Shown here piece by piece: positions 13,729 to 26,619 of a stretch of DNA of 64,000 nucleotides (the stretch's first letter is position 1; each line of letters opens with the position of its first letter). Under the pieces are notes generated by a model. The model saw nothing but the letters and a program-made list of their open reading frames with translations. It searched no databases and was not told the DNA's origin. The position numbers and the translations under genes are program-made. The stretch is from NCBI GenBank assembly GCA_964016885.1, contig OZ024740.1, forward strand, positions 310,000,001-310,064,000, written 5' to 3'. Source of the stretch: Eledone cirrhosa (Eukaryota).

Positions 13729-16700
13729 TTACAGACACATACTCAGAGAAGGCCCATTCATTCGGGCCATACTTGCTTCTCTCACCCATCTTTCAACAAA
13801 ATGCTGGGAAGAGAGCACTTCCCTCTCTACCCTGATTTTCCTTTTCAAATGAAATTTGAAAAAGCTAATCCGGGCATCACCGAAGAGGTAAGTGCTCGTC
13901 TTCAGCCCTTTCAAACGTGTCCACCATACTATCTCTTTCGCCATGGCCCCCAGACAGATAAAAACTTCCTGTCCTTCCCTGCTAAAGGAAGGAGGCGAGG
14001 CAATCCTCACGATGGACTCAGCTGATTGCTGGATCCGTCCTACACGTGACAGCAGGTGTTCGACATAAACCCACAAGTCAGCAATGCTCGGACACTGGAC
14101 GAGTGCGTGCAGGACGGTTTCGTCGCCCTGCGCGCATCTCGGACATGCCCGGCTAACGGCACCTCCATTGCCTGTAGAGTTTATCCCGAACTGGCAAGGC
14201 TCCTCGGTAGCACTGCCAGGCCAGGGATTTCTGGAAGTTGTCCATAGGCCCCGGCCCGAAAGTCCTTCCGAAGAGATTGGCTAGTTGATTTTCGTCGACA
14301 CCTAGAGTTTCTCCAAGTACGTCGTCGCTCTTCCCCTCCACTAATCCCCTATAGAACGCCAAGGTGGAGTTTCCACCGATCACATTGCCCGATTGGTCGA
14401 GGGCTGTGATCGCCTGAAGACATTCCAGTCTCCAAGCGCTCCCTCTCGGTCTTCGCTTGACCCAGGACTGCAGCTCCGTCAAGGAGACGAGCTGGGGAAA
14501 AACGTGTCTAGCAAACGGCGACCACACCTGATCACCGTCGAGGAAGAGGTGGAGATGTCGTAGCCTGAGCGCGTGTCTGCGCATCATCAGCCACGGCAAG
14601 CCCAGCCCTCTACGTAGCGGGTGTTGACAGCAGATGGACCGCCTGACCATCGGAGCGCATCCCTTCCACAAGAAGCGAAAGAGCAAACGCTCCAGCGCAG
14701 TCAGGCGGGGCTTAGGACAAGGTGCGACGGTCAGGCGGTAGTAGATGACGGATGCGATGTACGCATTCGCCACCTCCGCTCGACCTTTCAGGGATAGCTT
14801 CCTCTCGGCCCATTTCTAGGTTAGAGAAGCCACCCTGCTCGTCACCTCGTCCCAGTTTTTGTCCGTCTGGTGGTCTGGACCGAACCAGACCCCTAGCAAT
14901 TTAACCGGTCCGTCCGTCCAGCGCCCGACGACGCTGTTGGACGGCATGGACCTGCCTCTTCAGGTGCCGAGCTGCAGGCCCACTGACTTTTCCTGGTTGA
15001 ACATTGCTTCTGTCACCGCTTCGTATTCTCTTAGTGTAGTGCCGATCGCCTCGATGTGTTTGGCGTTCGACACCACTACGGTGACATCGTCGGCATATGC
15101 TGACACGGATCTTCTGCATCCTAGATCGCGCGGGACCCCCCTCAACCTCTCCAGTTTGTGCAGTAATGGCTCGAGAGTCAATACGTACAATAGGGACGAG
15201 AGGGGACATCCTTGGCGGACCGAGCGCATGATGTTGAACGGTTCCGAAAGGTGACCGTTCACTCTCACTACAGAGCAGATGTCGCTGTGCATGGCAGCGA
15301 TCCAGCCTCTGAAGACGGGCCCAAAGCCAGCCGCCCTCAGGACTGCCGCTAGGTAACGATGGTCGACCCTATCGAAGGCTTTCGACTGATCTAAATTGAT
15401 CAAATACCCACCCGTGCCAGGTTCCCTAGCTACCCTCTCTACGATGTATCGCATGAGGTGGAGGTTGTCGTGGATGGATCTGTCGGGAATGGCGCATGCC
15501 TGTGCCTCTCCCACCAGACCACCAACGACAAGCGCCAACCTCTTTGCTAGCACCTTGGCCAAAATCTTGAACTCTGTGTTTAGTAGAGTTATGGGCCTAA
15601 AATTATCTATGATATCCCCCTTGTTCGGATCATTTCTCAGCAGCGCCACCGCTCCTCGGCTCACAGAGCTGGGAATTCTCCCGTTCTGTTACCAGTTGCA
15701 GTAGACGTCCGCCAAGAGGCCTCCGAACAAGTTTGGCATTTGTACGTAAAGTTCATAGGGCAGACCATCCAAACCAGGCGATTTACCCCTTGTGCAACTA
15801 GTCATTGCATCCCGTACTTCAGCGGTTGTTATCGGATTTTCGCAACACTCCGCCTCAGTGGCCGAAAGCCGCGGCAGTCCGGCGAGGTAGACACTAAAGT
15901 CCATCCCTCGATCCGGCCCGCCACTGCCCCCGAACAGTTGAGCGAAGTGTCGCTGAAAAGCTTCACACATTTGCCCGGGATCGAGTAGCATGCGCCCGTC
16001 GTGGTCCACCAAAGACCGGATCGTGGCTTTGTTGCCACGACGCGCCTCCGCCACTCGGGCCCATTGAACGGCTTTCGTCCCCTCGTGTCTGAGAGCACGC
16101 ACCCTAGCTCTGACAACGCAACCTTCGTGCTTTGCATTGAAGAATTGGTCAAGGGCCAATTTCGCCGCAAGTACGTCGGTCGCGATGCCTTTGCTAAGCG
16201 CCTCATCTAATTTTCTAACTATTTCTCCCTTTGCTCTATTTTTCTCTATTGCTAAAGTCTTACTAAACCTAATGGACTCTATTCTAATTGCTCTTTTCAG
16301 AGCAAACCACCACTTGTTGTTGACGATGGCCCCCGTCAACGCCCGCTTAACTAGTTCGCTAATCCGGTCTCTGTAGGCCTTGCGCGCTGGTAAGGACGCG
16401 TTTAGATTCCAGTAGCCGGGTCCTCGTCTATGAAGCCTATCTAAGTCAAGCACACAGATCACGAATTTGTGGTCCGTGTAGCTGACTATCTTGAATTGTG
16501 GACAGCCTATTATAGACCTATCTATTTCCCTACAAAATACTCTATCTAGATATGATCTGGATGACCCTATGCGATTTGTCCAAGTCCACATTGGTACATT
16601 CGGGAAATCCAATCGGTACCTGTCAGACAGTTCAAAACGTCTGAGCAGGTTGGTGAGACTCTTGCACCCTCCTTCCCTATCCACTAATCCCACACAATCC

Positions 16701-17149
16701 CAGCGTGCATCTAAGATCCCGTTCCAGTCGCCCACTAACACTAAAGAGCGGGACGTTCCAAGAAAGGTCTCCAGACGCCGGAAGAAATCAGGCCGCCCTG
16801 CTCCTGTCGGGGCATAGACGGCCACTAACCTGAAAGCTTGCCCGTCTCCGCTGGTCACGTCCAGCACCACCAGCTTACCTTCTGGGTCCAGGAAGATGAC
16901 CCGTATGGCAAGATCCAAACCTCTCCGAAAAAGCACAGCAACTCCTCCCCCCGATCCCGGACGGCTGGGAGATGCGTACACATCGTAGCCGCCGAAGATC
17001 GGTGCGAAAGCCTGTGCTTCGGATATTCTGGTCTCGCTGATGGCCACTACATCCATGTTTAGTGACCTGAGGTCGTTGAGCAGGTGGCCCTGATTCCATG
17101 ACGACCCCAAGCCACGCGCATTTATGCTGCCTATTCTGAGTGAGGTCAT
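13729..17149 (-). pseudogene. Tx1 ORF2 (APE-RT-CCHC), disrupted
   Basis: MTSLRIGSINARGL, GDWN, TDH, QGCPLS and YADD are present. Broken into 15689-17149, 14960-15664, 14153-14773 and 13729-14076. Confidence 0.92.
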
Positions 17150-17183
17150 GTTGAAAAGGAGTGGAAAAGATGGGAAAGACCAC

Positions 17184-17645
17184 TTACCTTACTTCTCGTA
17201 GGGGAAGGACGGTTTTTCCATCCTTTTCACTGCTTGTGGCCTCCTCAGGAAGGATGTCCTTATAAATCCTCCTGGAGAGTGCTTGTCGGAAGTCTCCGAT
17301 GTCTTTGGGGAATTTTTGTTTTAGTGTCATGTACGTTTTCTGTGTGATGCGAATGATTTGTATGTGTGGAGGTGGTGTGAATTTTGTGGTTGTTGTGTAG
17401 TCTTTTTCTGTGATGCTGGTGTTGTGTTGGATGTAGTGTAATAATTGCTTGTTGTTCAAATTTAATGCTGTGTAGTGTGTATCGTTTTGGTTGTTTTGTT
17501 TTGTTTGCGTTTGTTGTGGGTTTGTTTCTGTTTCGCATTTTGGTGACTTTTGTGGTGTAGGTGATGGTGGTGCTGGGGTTAATGATGGTGATGGTGTTGG
17601 TGTTTGGGTTGATGGGGTTGGTGATGCTGGTGTGGATGGTGGCAT
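17184..17645 (-). CDS. Tx1 third ORF (P/T/S-rich N-terminus, unknown function)
   Basis: ATG at 17645 (MPPSTP...LPLREVR). Open and near-identical in copy 3 (32719-33180). Confidence 0.55.
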   Translation of the reverse strand: MPPSTPASPTPSTQTPTPSPSLTPAPPSPTPQKSPKCETETNPQQTQTKQNNQNDTHYTALNLNNKQLLHYIQHNTSITEKDYTTTTKFTPPPHIQIIRITQKTYMTLKQKFPKDIGDFRQALSRRIYKDILPEEATSSEKDGKTVLPLREVR

Positions 17646-17668
17646 ATCTGTCCTAACTTTTTTGTTTC

Positions 17669-18676
17669 TTAATTTATTTGTTTCCCTCTGTATTTTGTTT
17701 TTGGAGGGGGAAGGAAGAGAATTTTTTCTTTTTTGGTTTCTTTTTTTTTTTTTCCGGATATCGTTTCCCACTCCTCGTCGTCACAATTTGTCTCCAGTTG
17801 TGATAGGCCGGGGAATGGAAAATCCTCCACAGCCGTTAGTTTTGGTTGTGGTGTGGTGGAAGGTGTAGGCGCTGGTGCTAGTTCTGAAGCGTTGGGTGGT
17901 GGTGGTGTTGGTTTTGCTGGTGGTGGTAGTGGTGTTGGTTTTGCTACTGTTGCTGGGGTTGTTGCTGTTATAGTTGCTTCTGTTGTTGCTGATACAGTTG
18001 TTGCTGCCATCTCTGCTACTGGTGGTGTTGATGGTTGTGTCACTGGGGTGGGTAGGAGAGGAGGCCTCAACCTTTTAGCCTGAGGGCAGAAAGCCCTTAG
18101 GTGGGTTCCTTCACCACAAACGACACACCTAGGTCTTCTGCCCTCGACAATTACCGTGAGGTGGCTGCCGTCAGTGAGGTCTATTACCTCTGGGATCTCC
18201 TCAATGCTTTTTTGGTCCGCTTGGATCAGGAGCTCCATCCCAGATCCGGACCAGTTTTCCTGCTTTTCTTTTGCTATTGCTATTATTTTGGTGTTGGCTT
18301 CGAGGCCGGCGAGGACGGCCGCTATTAGCCAGGGAATTTCGATGGCCGGTGGAACGTGGGTCACCCTGATCTTTACGAGTCTCTGGCCACAATAGCTTGG
18401 GACGAGTGTGAAGTCGTCACTTTTTAATGGGGCCATGGAGTGTTCTCTAGCCTCCTCTGGTGTTTCAAAGAACACATCCACAGTTCCATACTTTTGCCCA
18501 CGTCTGATGTGGGTTTTTCTTGCCCACACATGTCCCAAAGCTTTTTGGATTTGGGGCTCGGATGCCCGTTCCACTCGGCGCGATTTTACATTTATTGTTC
18601 TATACGACACGGCGCATAGGCGCCGATGCTCCATTTTATTAGGTGGGGGGGGGGGTGAGGCTGACCCTGTACCCAT
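17669..18676 (-). CDS. Tx1 ORF1 (RRM-like region, CCHC zinc knuckle, P/T-rich tail)
   Basis: GTVDVFF..PEEA RRM-like strand and CVVCGEGTHLRAFC (CX2CX4HX4C). Lies upstream of ORF2. Confidence 0.8.
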   Translation of the reverse strand: MGTGSASPPPPPNKMEHRRLCAVSYRTINVKSRRVERASEPQIQKALGHVWARKTHIRRGQKYGTVDVFFETPEEAREHSMAPLKSDDFTLVPSYCGQRLVKIRVTHVPPAIEIPWLIAAVLAGLEANTKIIAIAKEKQENWSGSGMELLIQADQKSIEEIPEVIDLTDGSHLTVIVEGRRPRCVVCGEGTHLRAFCPQAKRLRPPLLPTPVTQPSTPPVAEMAATTVSATTEATITATTPATVAKPTPLPPPAKPTPPPPNASELAPAPTPSTTPQPKLTAVEDFPFPGLSQLETNCDDEEWETISGKKKKETKKEKILFLPPPKTKYRGKQIN

Positions 18677-19313
18677 CTTTCTTTACCATTTGTTTGGCAT
18701 TTTCTAAATCTACCTGAGTTACCTTAAATGCTTCGAATTGTTTTGCTACTCTGGCGAAACTGAGGGGGGGGGGGGTTATAATGTCATTGTTGTTGTTGTT
18801 GCTATCGTTAATATTAATTTTAGTTTCAGTTGTGGTGGTGGTGACGTCAGTCGTCTTTGGTGGGGAAGAGTCCATTTTGCTTGATTTCATTTCGACATCA
18901 CTAGTTAATTTATTTTTTTCTTCTTTTGTTTCTGTTGTCGCGGTGGTGGTGGGGGTGGAGGCTTTAACACCTGCAGTCATTGGTAATGGCGGGAAATGAA
19001 TGTCTGCCTGAGACAAATTAAAAATATTGCTACTGCTTATATTATTTTTTGTGTTGGCAAACGTAGTAACATTTACAATGGTGGTGTCGGTGTGAGGTGT
19101 TATTTTGTGAGGAAGGCTTTCAGCTGCTTCGTGCAGAGGGGAATTAGCCACTTTCTTCAAAGAAATTTTTGGATAATAATAAAAGTTAAAATTTTGGGCA
19201 CAAGGCCCCAATCTTTTTGGGTGTCCTTTTCGGAAAACAATGTATGTGTGCTTATAAACAGTTAACAATAACATTTTCCGTAAATGGCAATTTTTAACAA
19301 ACGGAAATAACAA
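18639..19313 (-). CDS. Tx1 upstream ORF (T/N-rich, FPPLP and SFARVA motifs); true start uncertain
   Basis: Open in this copy. Homologous frames at 31167-31740 and around 8.0-8.5 kb. Ends at TAATAA just before the ORF1 ATG. Confidence 0.45.
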   Translation of the reverse strand: MLFPFVKNCHLRKMLLLTVYKHTYIVFRKGHPKRLGPCAQNFNFYYYPKISLKKVANSPLHEAAESLPHKITPHTDTTIVNVTTFANTKNNISSSNIFNLSQADIHFPPLPMTAGVKASTPTTTATTETKEEKNKLTSDVEMKSSKMDSSPPKTTDVTTTTTETKININDSNNNNNDIITPPPLSFARVAKQFEAFKVTQVDLENAKQMVKKDGYRVSLTPPPT

Positions 19314-19358
19314 ACCTTTGCGGAGCTCACGATGATACGATTTACTACGTAGGTCGTC

Positions 19359-19398
<40 letters not shown>

Positions 19399-19400
<2 letters not shown>

Positions 19401-20241
19401 TTTAACCCATCAGTGGTTGGCATCCTCTGGACTGAAATCGGAGACTGAAGGACTGATTATATCGGCACAAGATCAGTGTCTGCCAACAAAAAATTACCAA
19501 GCCAACATAATAAAAAATGGGTGCACCCCATTATGCCGTGTATGCAAAAAACAACCAGAGACCATTGACCATATAATTTCAATGTGCAGTCCTATAGCTC
19601 CAACCGAATACCTAAACAGGCATGACAGAGCTGCACAATACATACATTGGATAATGTGTAACCATTTTGACCTGCCCCATCAAAAGAATTGGTGGAAGCA
19701 TCAACCACCTCCCATACTTGAAAAAGATCACATCTCAATCTTGTGGAACTTTAGCATCCAAACAGACCGAAAAATAGATGCAAATAGACCTGATATAATA
19801 TTGAAGGACTTTAAAAAGAGTTGTATGCCTGCTAATTGATATGTCCGTTCCAATAGACAAGAATGTAGCTATAAAAACATTTGAAAAATTGGGCAAGTAT
19901 AAGGACCTGGAGATAGAAATTGGAAAAATGTGGAAATTGAGAACTAAAACAATACCAGTGGTTGTAGGCGCTCTGGGAATGATACCTAAGGGGTCTAACG
20001 ACTACTTATCGCAAATCCCAGGAAACCCACGTATAGGAGAAATACAAAAGATAGTACTAATGGGAACTGCCCATATACTAAGGAAGATCCTGTCAATATA
20101 AGTACATCACAAGTCTAAACACTAAGGATGCATGTGTGAATATGTATGTTCTTTCTTGAACATGGCGGACCTTGTTGTCTCTTGAGGTCACTGGTTGTGA
20201 CTTGGTGATAACTCGTATGAACATAAAGCAAGATAAATGCA
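19399..20241 (+). mobile_element. Dong family A, 5'-truncated copy
   Basis: Near-identical to 11610-12455. CCHC and REL ORFs at 19417-20101. (AAT)n on both sides. Confidence 0.92.
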
Positions 20242-20256
20242 AATAATAATAATAAT

Positions 20257-20448
20257 AATTGTTTCTACTTTTGGAACAAGGCCAGCAATTATACCAGTGT
20301 ATTACTGGTACTTTATTTTATCGACCCCGTAAGGATGAAAGGCAAAGTTAACCTCGGTGGGAGTTGAACTCAGATCATAAAGGGCCGTAACTCTTTGCTG
20401 CAAAGCATGGCGTCCGACCCTCTTCCGATACTACCAATCGGCCGCCCT
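20257..20448 (-). mobile_element. tRNA-derived SINE
   Basis: Minus strand has A-box-like tggtagtatcgg, B-box gagttcaactcc, the shared core and an (ATT)n tail. Confidence 0.88.
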
Positions 20449-20511
20449 TAATAATAAGATCCCGTTAAGGGTGAAAGCAGCGATTTTTGGCTTAAACTTT
20501 AATCTGTTATG

Positions 20512-20546
<35 letters not shown>

Positions 20547-20550
<4 letters not shown>

Positions 20551-20730
20551 GTTTCTACTTTAGGCACAAGGCCAGCAATTACCCAGTGCATTACTGGTAC
20601 TTTATTTTATCGACCCCGTAAGGATGAAAGGCAAAGTCAACCTCGGCGGGATTTGAACTCAGATCGTAAAGGAACGTAACTATGCTGGAAAGCATGGCGT
20701 CCGACCCTCCACCGATACTGCCAATCGACT
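20547..20730 (-). mobile_element. tRNA-derived SINE
   Basis: B-box gagttcaaatcc and the shared core. Confidence 0.88.
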
Positions 20731-21429
20731 GAGCACTGCCATCAACATGAGAATATGTTTCTTGATACCTATGTGGCAATATTTTATCGAATATAATCGA
20801 CTAGGTATATCATGTTTGTTAAGAGTTTTGAGTTTATAGAATGTTTTAATGGTGTATAATATGGTCAGTTAATAAGTATAGCACAATAAAAACCAATAAT
20901 AATATTATTGATAAGCGTAATGTCGAGATGACATGATAGCATTGAGTGCGTTTAATAGATTTTACTATAGAATTATTATGATTACAGTCTCCAAACGTTT
21001 TCAGCTATATTTACCTTCTATCTACCACACCCATTACGCAAATATTCAGTAATGCAAGATAATCATTTCTGCTAACACCACTATCGATTTCAAGAAAGAG
21101 TTAGTGTCTTGTCAAACGAAAATTCCTAAATCAACATGATGAACCACATTGTTGGTAAGATTAATAAATAATGGTGTAATAAATTAGTAGACACGAAAAG
21201 CTGTGTTGGCTTCTGCAAATGTATAATATTAGTCCATCATTTACAATATTACTATATAACTTCATTACTACAACGTATATACGATGAATGTATTTTAAAA
21301 GTTTATACCTTTGACGGCCGATTTAAATTAAACTATACACGAGGTCAGCTGGCCTGCTCCCGCGAATAGAACGGGAAATTTTTTTCACCTGAATATTGCT
21401 GAGATTTCTTAGAGAATACTTGCCCTCAT

Positions 21430-21643
21430 TTGGATTGGCAGTATCGCTACAGTGTCAGACATCATGCTTTGTAGCATCGAGTTATGGCCCTTTGCGTTCT
21501 GAGTTCAAATCCTGCCGAGGTTAACTTTGTCTTTCATCTTTACGGGGCTGATAAAATATAGCACAAGTAATGCATTGGGTCGATTTAATCTACTTTCACA
21601 TCTCCCTAAATGCTGAAATTGTGCCTAAAGTAGAAACAATTAT
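21430..21643 (+). mobile_element. tRNA-derived SINE (longer variant)
   Basis: ggattggcagtatcg...gagttcaaatcctgccgaggttaactttg...agtagaaacaattatt. Confidence 0.85.
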
Positions 21644-23200
21644 TTAAGCATGTCGATACATTCAGACGAAATGAAATGACTATAATATTTGAGCGATAAT
21701 TAATTTACAGAACATATGAATAGAAATACATTGCTTGGCTGGTAAAATTAACTACTGTGTCGGCTGAAATGTAGAGTGATATATGTACCTGATCTCAAAC
21801 CATCCTTTCAAATCCTGCTAGTGTTAACTGTTGAGCGTTGATAAAGAAAGTCCCATCATATTTCCGTTTAAGGTCTTTCTACATTTTCTACATCAATCTA
21901 CAACATTATGGATGCTATCCTTGGTCAATGATCTGAGATAGAAAGGGTTACCAGTGCCTGCTCTTAAATACGCTTGTCAATAAAGTCATTACCGAAATCA
22001 TGATGCATATTTCGAAGTTATAATTGATTGCGAGTCTCTAACTTAGTTAACAATAGATGCGTCATTATATGATACTTCATAATAGTTGTGATCAAAATCA
22101 AAATTATAATTCACAAAATGTGTGGCTTATTATAAATGAAACCGTAAACGCTGAAATTATAAATAAACTAACTTTGCTCAAATACAGGTGTTTCCGTCAG
22201 ACACGAACATAGAAGAATTTCGGAATTATACTGATCTATGTTACAGAGTTACAGAGTAACGAAGTATAGGTGTGCACATGGTTGTATCGTTAAGATAGGA
22301 AGACTTGGCATCGGTATTTTGCAGTCAGCAAGCGATTGGTACATTGTTGAAAAGGTTCCATTTGAATTGTTCTTTATTCAACAATTATTTACGAGATTTT
22401 ATATCTCTTAATATTTCCCATATAAAATATGAGACTTTATGAATATATAATACACTGAATAAATCAATATTACCCTTTCATACCTAAAACTAATATATTA
22501 TGGATTCATCAACAAACAATAGCATAACTCTGGCTATTTACGTATATTCCGTATGTTTTTAATGCGAATCGAAGTATTGCCATTGATAGATCTAAAACAT
22601 AATGTATTCGACAATCAAATCCATACCGAATCCATTTTTCATGCTCTACATTCGGTATGCCATCATGTTCCTCAGGTATTTGAAAATTATGTATGTATAG
22701 GTTTTGTGTGATTTATTAAAATATATGAATATATATATCTATTTAGTATGCTGATCATAATCAAACATCTATTGTAAATAGAACAGCAAAATATTAGAAT
22801 ATTCAATAAAAGTCAACAGACGTTTGTCTCTACATGAAACATATAAATTACTTTCTGCAGAAGCCAAATGAAAGTCGACATCAATTGATATTATTCATAT
22901 TGTACTGTGACAATGGGGTTGTCTAAAACATCAAACAATGCATACTTAGTAGATATTTCATCTAAGCAATATAAATTAGACATCTCATATTTATTCGTTA
23001 TTTATTTACTTATTGAACTGTTTTATTTCATATATATTCCTGGCTAGTATGAGGTCTCGTATTGAGATATCTCTTTTCACATATTTAAAAACAAAATTTA
23101 GTTTTGTAACTGCAAATATTTCATACTAAATGTTGGTCGTAACACCAAATCAACCTATTTGTGGCCTAAATCGATATTTGTTATAAAATAAAAGCCTAAT

Positions 23201-23562
23201 TACTCTCGTGTTGATAGGGGGTGGAGAATAAGTGGAAGTTTGGAGTGGAAAATCAATAATATTTAAAGGTTGTCTCCGTTGAATTTTTAAAAACAAGAAT
23301 TAGTCGTTTAGTTTATATATTGTGGCCCTGTTTATTTTATATCTTATGTGATTTCAAATAACAAACTTTGTTTGCATATAATGTTTTTAATGTCTAATGA
23401 AAATTAATTGTCGCAGGAATGTTACCAATTAAAATAAAACTTCGCCGGAGATAGATTAGCAAAATTTAATAGGCGGGGGACGGAATAAGAGAGAAGGAGG
23501 GATGGAAAAAATCTGAAAAATTAATAAGTGGTCGGAGGACGATTATAGGAGACCCGTGAGTA
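23201..23562. mobile_element. Possible decayed non-autonomous TIR element
   Basis: Short imperfect inverted ends tactctcgtg / cccgtgagta. Weak support. Confidence 0.25.
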
Positions 23563-24639
23563 CGTATTAACGTGAAGGCAAAATATTCAAGACTGAACTG
23601 CGATTAGATTGTTTTGATATCAATATTATATTAATTATAAATGTTTGTAATAAATATTCACTACTTTTATCTACTACAGTAAAACGTGTAACTTCACTTC
23701 CTATAACATAATGAAATGAAATCCGATTATATGAATAAGGTCCCCCAATGTAATAAACACTTTATTTTTTCCTTTGAAGTCTATTGGATGCTCATAATTA
23801 ATATTTTATAAACGTCTGCTCAGTCCAATAATGTTTGAGAATAGATTATGCCTAGAACTATAGTTAAGAAAGGAAGAAAATATGTCCACATAGTTTTCAT
23901 AAATAAAACAATGATAATAATTTGCGTTTTCACGCACACTTATTTGGTATATTTTTGGTGGTATCCTCCAGTTGAGATTTCATTTTGCTTTCGAAGTATA
24001 CAGGTTTTAGCTATGTCATTCGTTTGTTTTGGGTAATATTTTTTTATAGTAGATCCTAATTTGCAAGTTCCTTGTGGAAAGATAGATCATTAGTATTTGC
24101 TCGATTTTCTATGCAATATTTTATTCTAATTTGAGTGTTGGTTTTAACTGGGTTTTTCTGTATTCACATTAAACCTTTTTCCCCACAGATTACTGCTACT
24201 ACTCAAAATATCGGATATTTCAGTTTATCGATATTTAGACGCTTGTGGTCACGACAAGAAATTTGTGGAGTGCTATGTTATGTGTACTCTTTTATAAAGC
24301 TTTTCATGCAGCTGTTGTGTGATTTGTGTTGTTTTATTTTATTTGGAGCTTATTGTATAAGATACGAGATGTGTGTGAAGATTAATCTATTTGTGTTTGT
24401 TATCAAATATATAAGGTCAAGCAGATGACGTATGGTGTTCCTAGCAAAGCTATATTTTGGATAGATGTTGAGGGGTGGGCATTAGTAGAGTTTGTGTCTG
24501 TCTTTCCATATATTTTATCTTAGTTAGTATTCCTGTTATTATGCGTATTGATTTGCCATCTTACCCCACTCTTGCATATTTCTTTTTTAAAGTTCTTGTA
24601 CTCTGAGAGCTTTTATAATCCTCTTCTAGCAAACGTTTG

Positions 24640-25015
24640 GTCAGAATTTAGTGCAATTTTTACCAGTGTGCATGTGACCCTACCCCGACGTGCTCGCTGC
24701 ACGAATGGCACTGGACAACTTCATCAAAGCGACACATGAATGCTGCAGTGTCAAATCTAAGACATTTGCTTTGAGACACTGGGGAACAAAAACTGTTCGA
24801 TGGACTCGAGTGGAAAATGCACAACGTAGCAAGAAGACACATTCAGTTTTGGTGGACATACGCTCACCTTCTCTGAATGAAGCTGATAATTATTATTGCC
24901 AATGTGTATATGGTCAAACCACATCGGGTCTTCCAGATTGTATCTAGATAGAGTATTCTGTAGAGACATAGAAATGTCTAGTATAGTGTGTCTACAATTC
25001 AAAGTAGTTGACTAC
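24640..25015 (+). pseudogene. Old Tx1 ORF2 fragments, rearranged
   Basis: LAARMALDNFIKATHECC...HWGTKTVRW and HIGSSRLYLDRVFCRDI resemble the young Tx1 ORF2. Confidence 0.7.
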
Positions 25016-25049
25016 ATAAATTTTTGACCTGTACAGTCAATATAGTATT

Positions 25050-26080
25050 TATAGGGATAAATCCTGTTCTTCATCCATTCTGCATTCGCGTTATGTGATG
25101 CTTCTGTCTTCCAAACTGTTTTCCAAAGGTCTTCAACCGTATGAATTGAAGGAGGGCCATTTACTTGAGTTGTCTGTGTCCCGATTTCCTTGTAAAATCT
25201 TTTTACATGTAACATAAACAGCTTCTTTTGCTTGTAAAACATACTTGGCTTTTCAAATCTCCTGATTCTTTGTGCTTTCAGCTGTGCCTTCTGTTTTATG
25301 GTTTCTTTGATTGATGGAATATCAGGTTTTGAAGTTATTTTGTATTTTATAATCACTTTCCTTTCTTTTCTTGACTTGACAGATTTCCCAGCACATATTT
25401 CATCCAGGATCGATATTTTCCCCCTCATCGTTCAATTTCGTTCTCAATTTCTATCTTCCAGAGTGGTTCATTGTGAGTGTCGTGTCCTTTTCGCTATTTC
25501 TTTAACACGCTTTTTCCATCTATTGCCGTTGCTGCTGCATAAATCACCTCCTTCAGTTCTGATATATCATGCTCCATCTCTTCAATTATTGCTTTAAGAG
25601 CCTGATTTCCAGTTTCCATGTCTTTTATTCTGCTTGTTGCTTGTCAATCTTTGCGCTGATTCTCTTTCTCCCATACGAATGGGGTTTTATTTCAAATTTC
25701 ATTGAGAATCTCTTGTTTTGTTTGTCGTATCTGACCTTTATGTTCACGAGTAGAAATATTCTCACCCTATTGTCTATCTGTCTTTCGGGTCAACCCTGCT
25801 CTCTTGTGTTTCTGATACGTACAATTCTCTGTGTAATCTCTCCTGGTGACAACATAATCAATACATTTTGTTGTATCTCTTCTGTCACATATCCATTTCT
25901 ATCCCTTTCTGATATTCGTATTCTAAAATCATTTCCAAAGTTCTTCTTAATTTCATTTAACTCTGCATCTGCATCTGGTAGTTTCCTGTTTCATAGAATA
26001 TCTCTTCTTGCAATTGCAAGTTTGCTTTCGTCCAGATTTGGCCTCTCTTCTAGATTTCTTTCCTTCAATTTCCTAAAATA
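25050..26080 (-). pseudogene. Old R4/Dong fragment (third family)
   Basis: IKQKAQLKAQRIRRFEK...LWKTVW matches IKQKVSAKAARIRRFKK...FWEKIW in Dong A. Confidence 0.7.
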
Positions 26081-26118
26081 ATTAAAATCACAAAAACTAC
26101 GATGGGTTTCTGATATTA

Positions 26119-26223
26119 ACCGAGGTTAACTTTGCCTTTCAACCTTAAGGGGTCGATAAAATAAAGTGCCAGTAATGCACTGGGTAATTGCTGGCCTTGT
26201 GCCTAAAGTAGAAACAATTATTG
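26119..26223 (+). mobile_element. 5'-truncated SINE
   Basis: Shared core and 3' end. Confidence 0.85.
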
Positions 26224-26619
26224 AACTATCAAATGTCACACAACTGTTTGTACCCGTGGAATGGAGGCGGGCTTGGTGTTATATCTCCGGTGCAAATACC
26301 TATCTAAGGGGTTTCTGCCCTAAGCAGGGAACAAAATAATTGAAACCTGCACTATTACCAACATCCACCTCACAACAACAAGAAAAATATCCAGAAAGAC
26401 AGCAAGAAAAATAGGCAGGTTAAGCAGCGGCAGCAGCAGCAATAAAGACGGCAAAGACTGAAGCAGCAGCATCACCACCATCAACACCAACGCGGGTGGA
26501 AAAAACATGCCCCTACTCGATGTCACACAATTCGATACAAATTGTGATTACGGTGAGGATTGGCAAATAATCTTGCAAAATAACAAAAATAGAAAATACT
26601 CTCTGACTACGCCCGCAGA

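Larger units (their letters stand above)
13484..19358 (-). mobile_element. Tx1/L1-clade non-LTR retrotransposon, copy 2 (full length, about 5.9 kb)
   Basis: Upstream ORF, ORF1, a third ORF and ORF2 are all present. AATAAA lies just before the 3' junction. Flanked by (AAT)n at 13451-13483 and 19359-19398. Confidence 0.95.
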
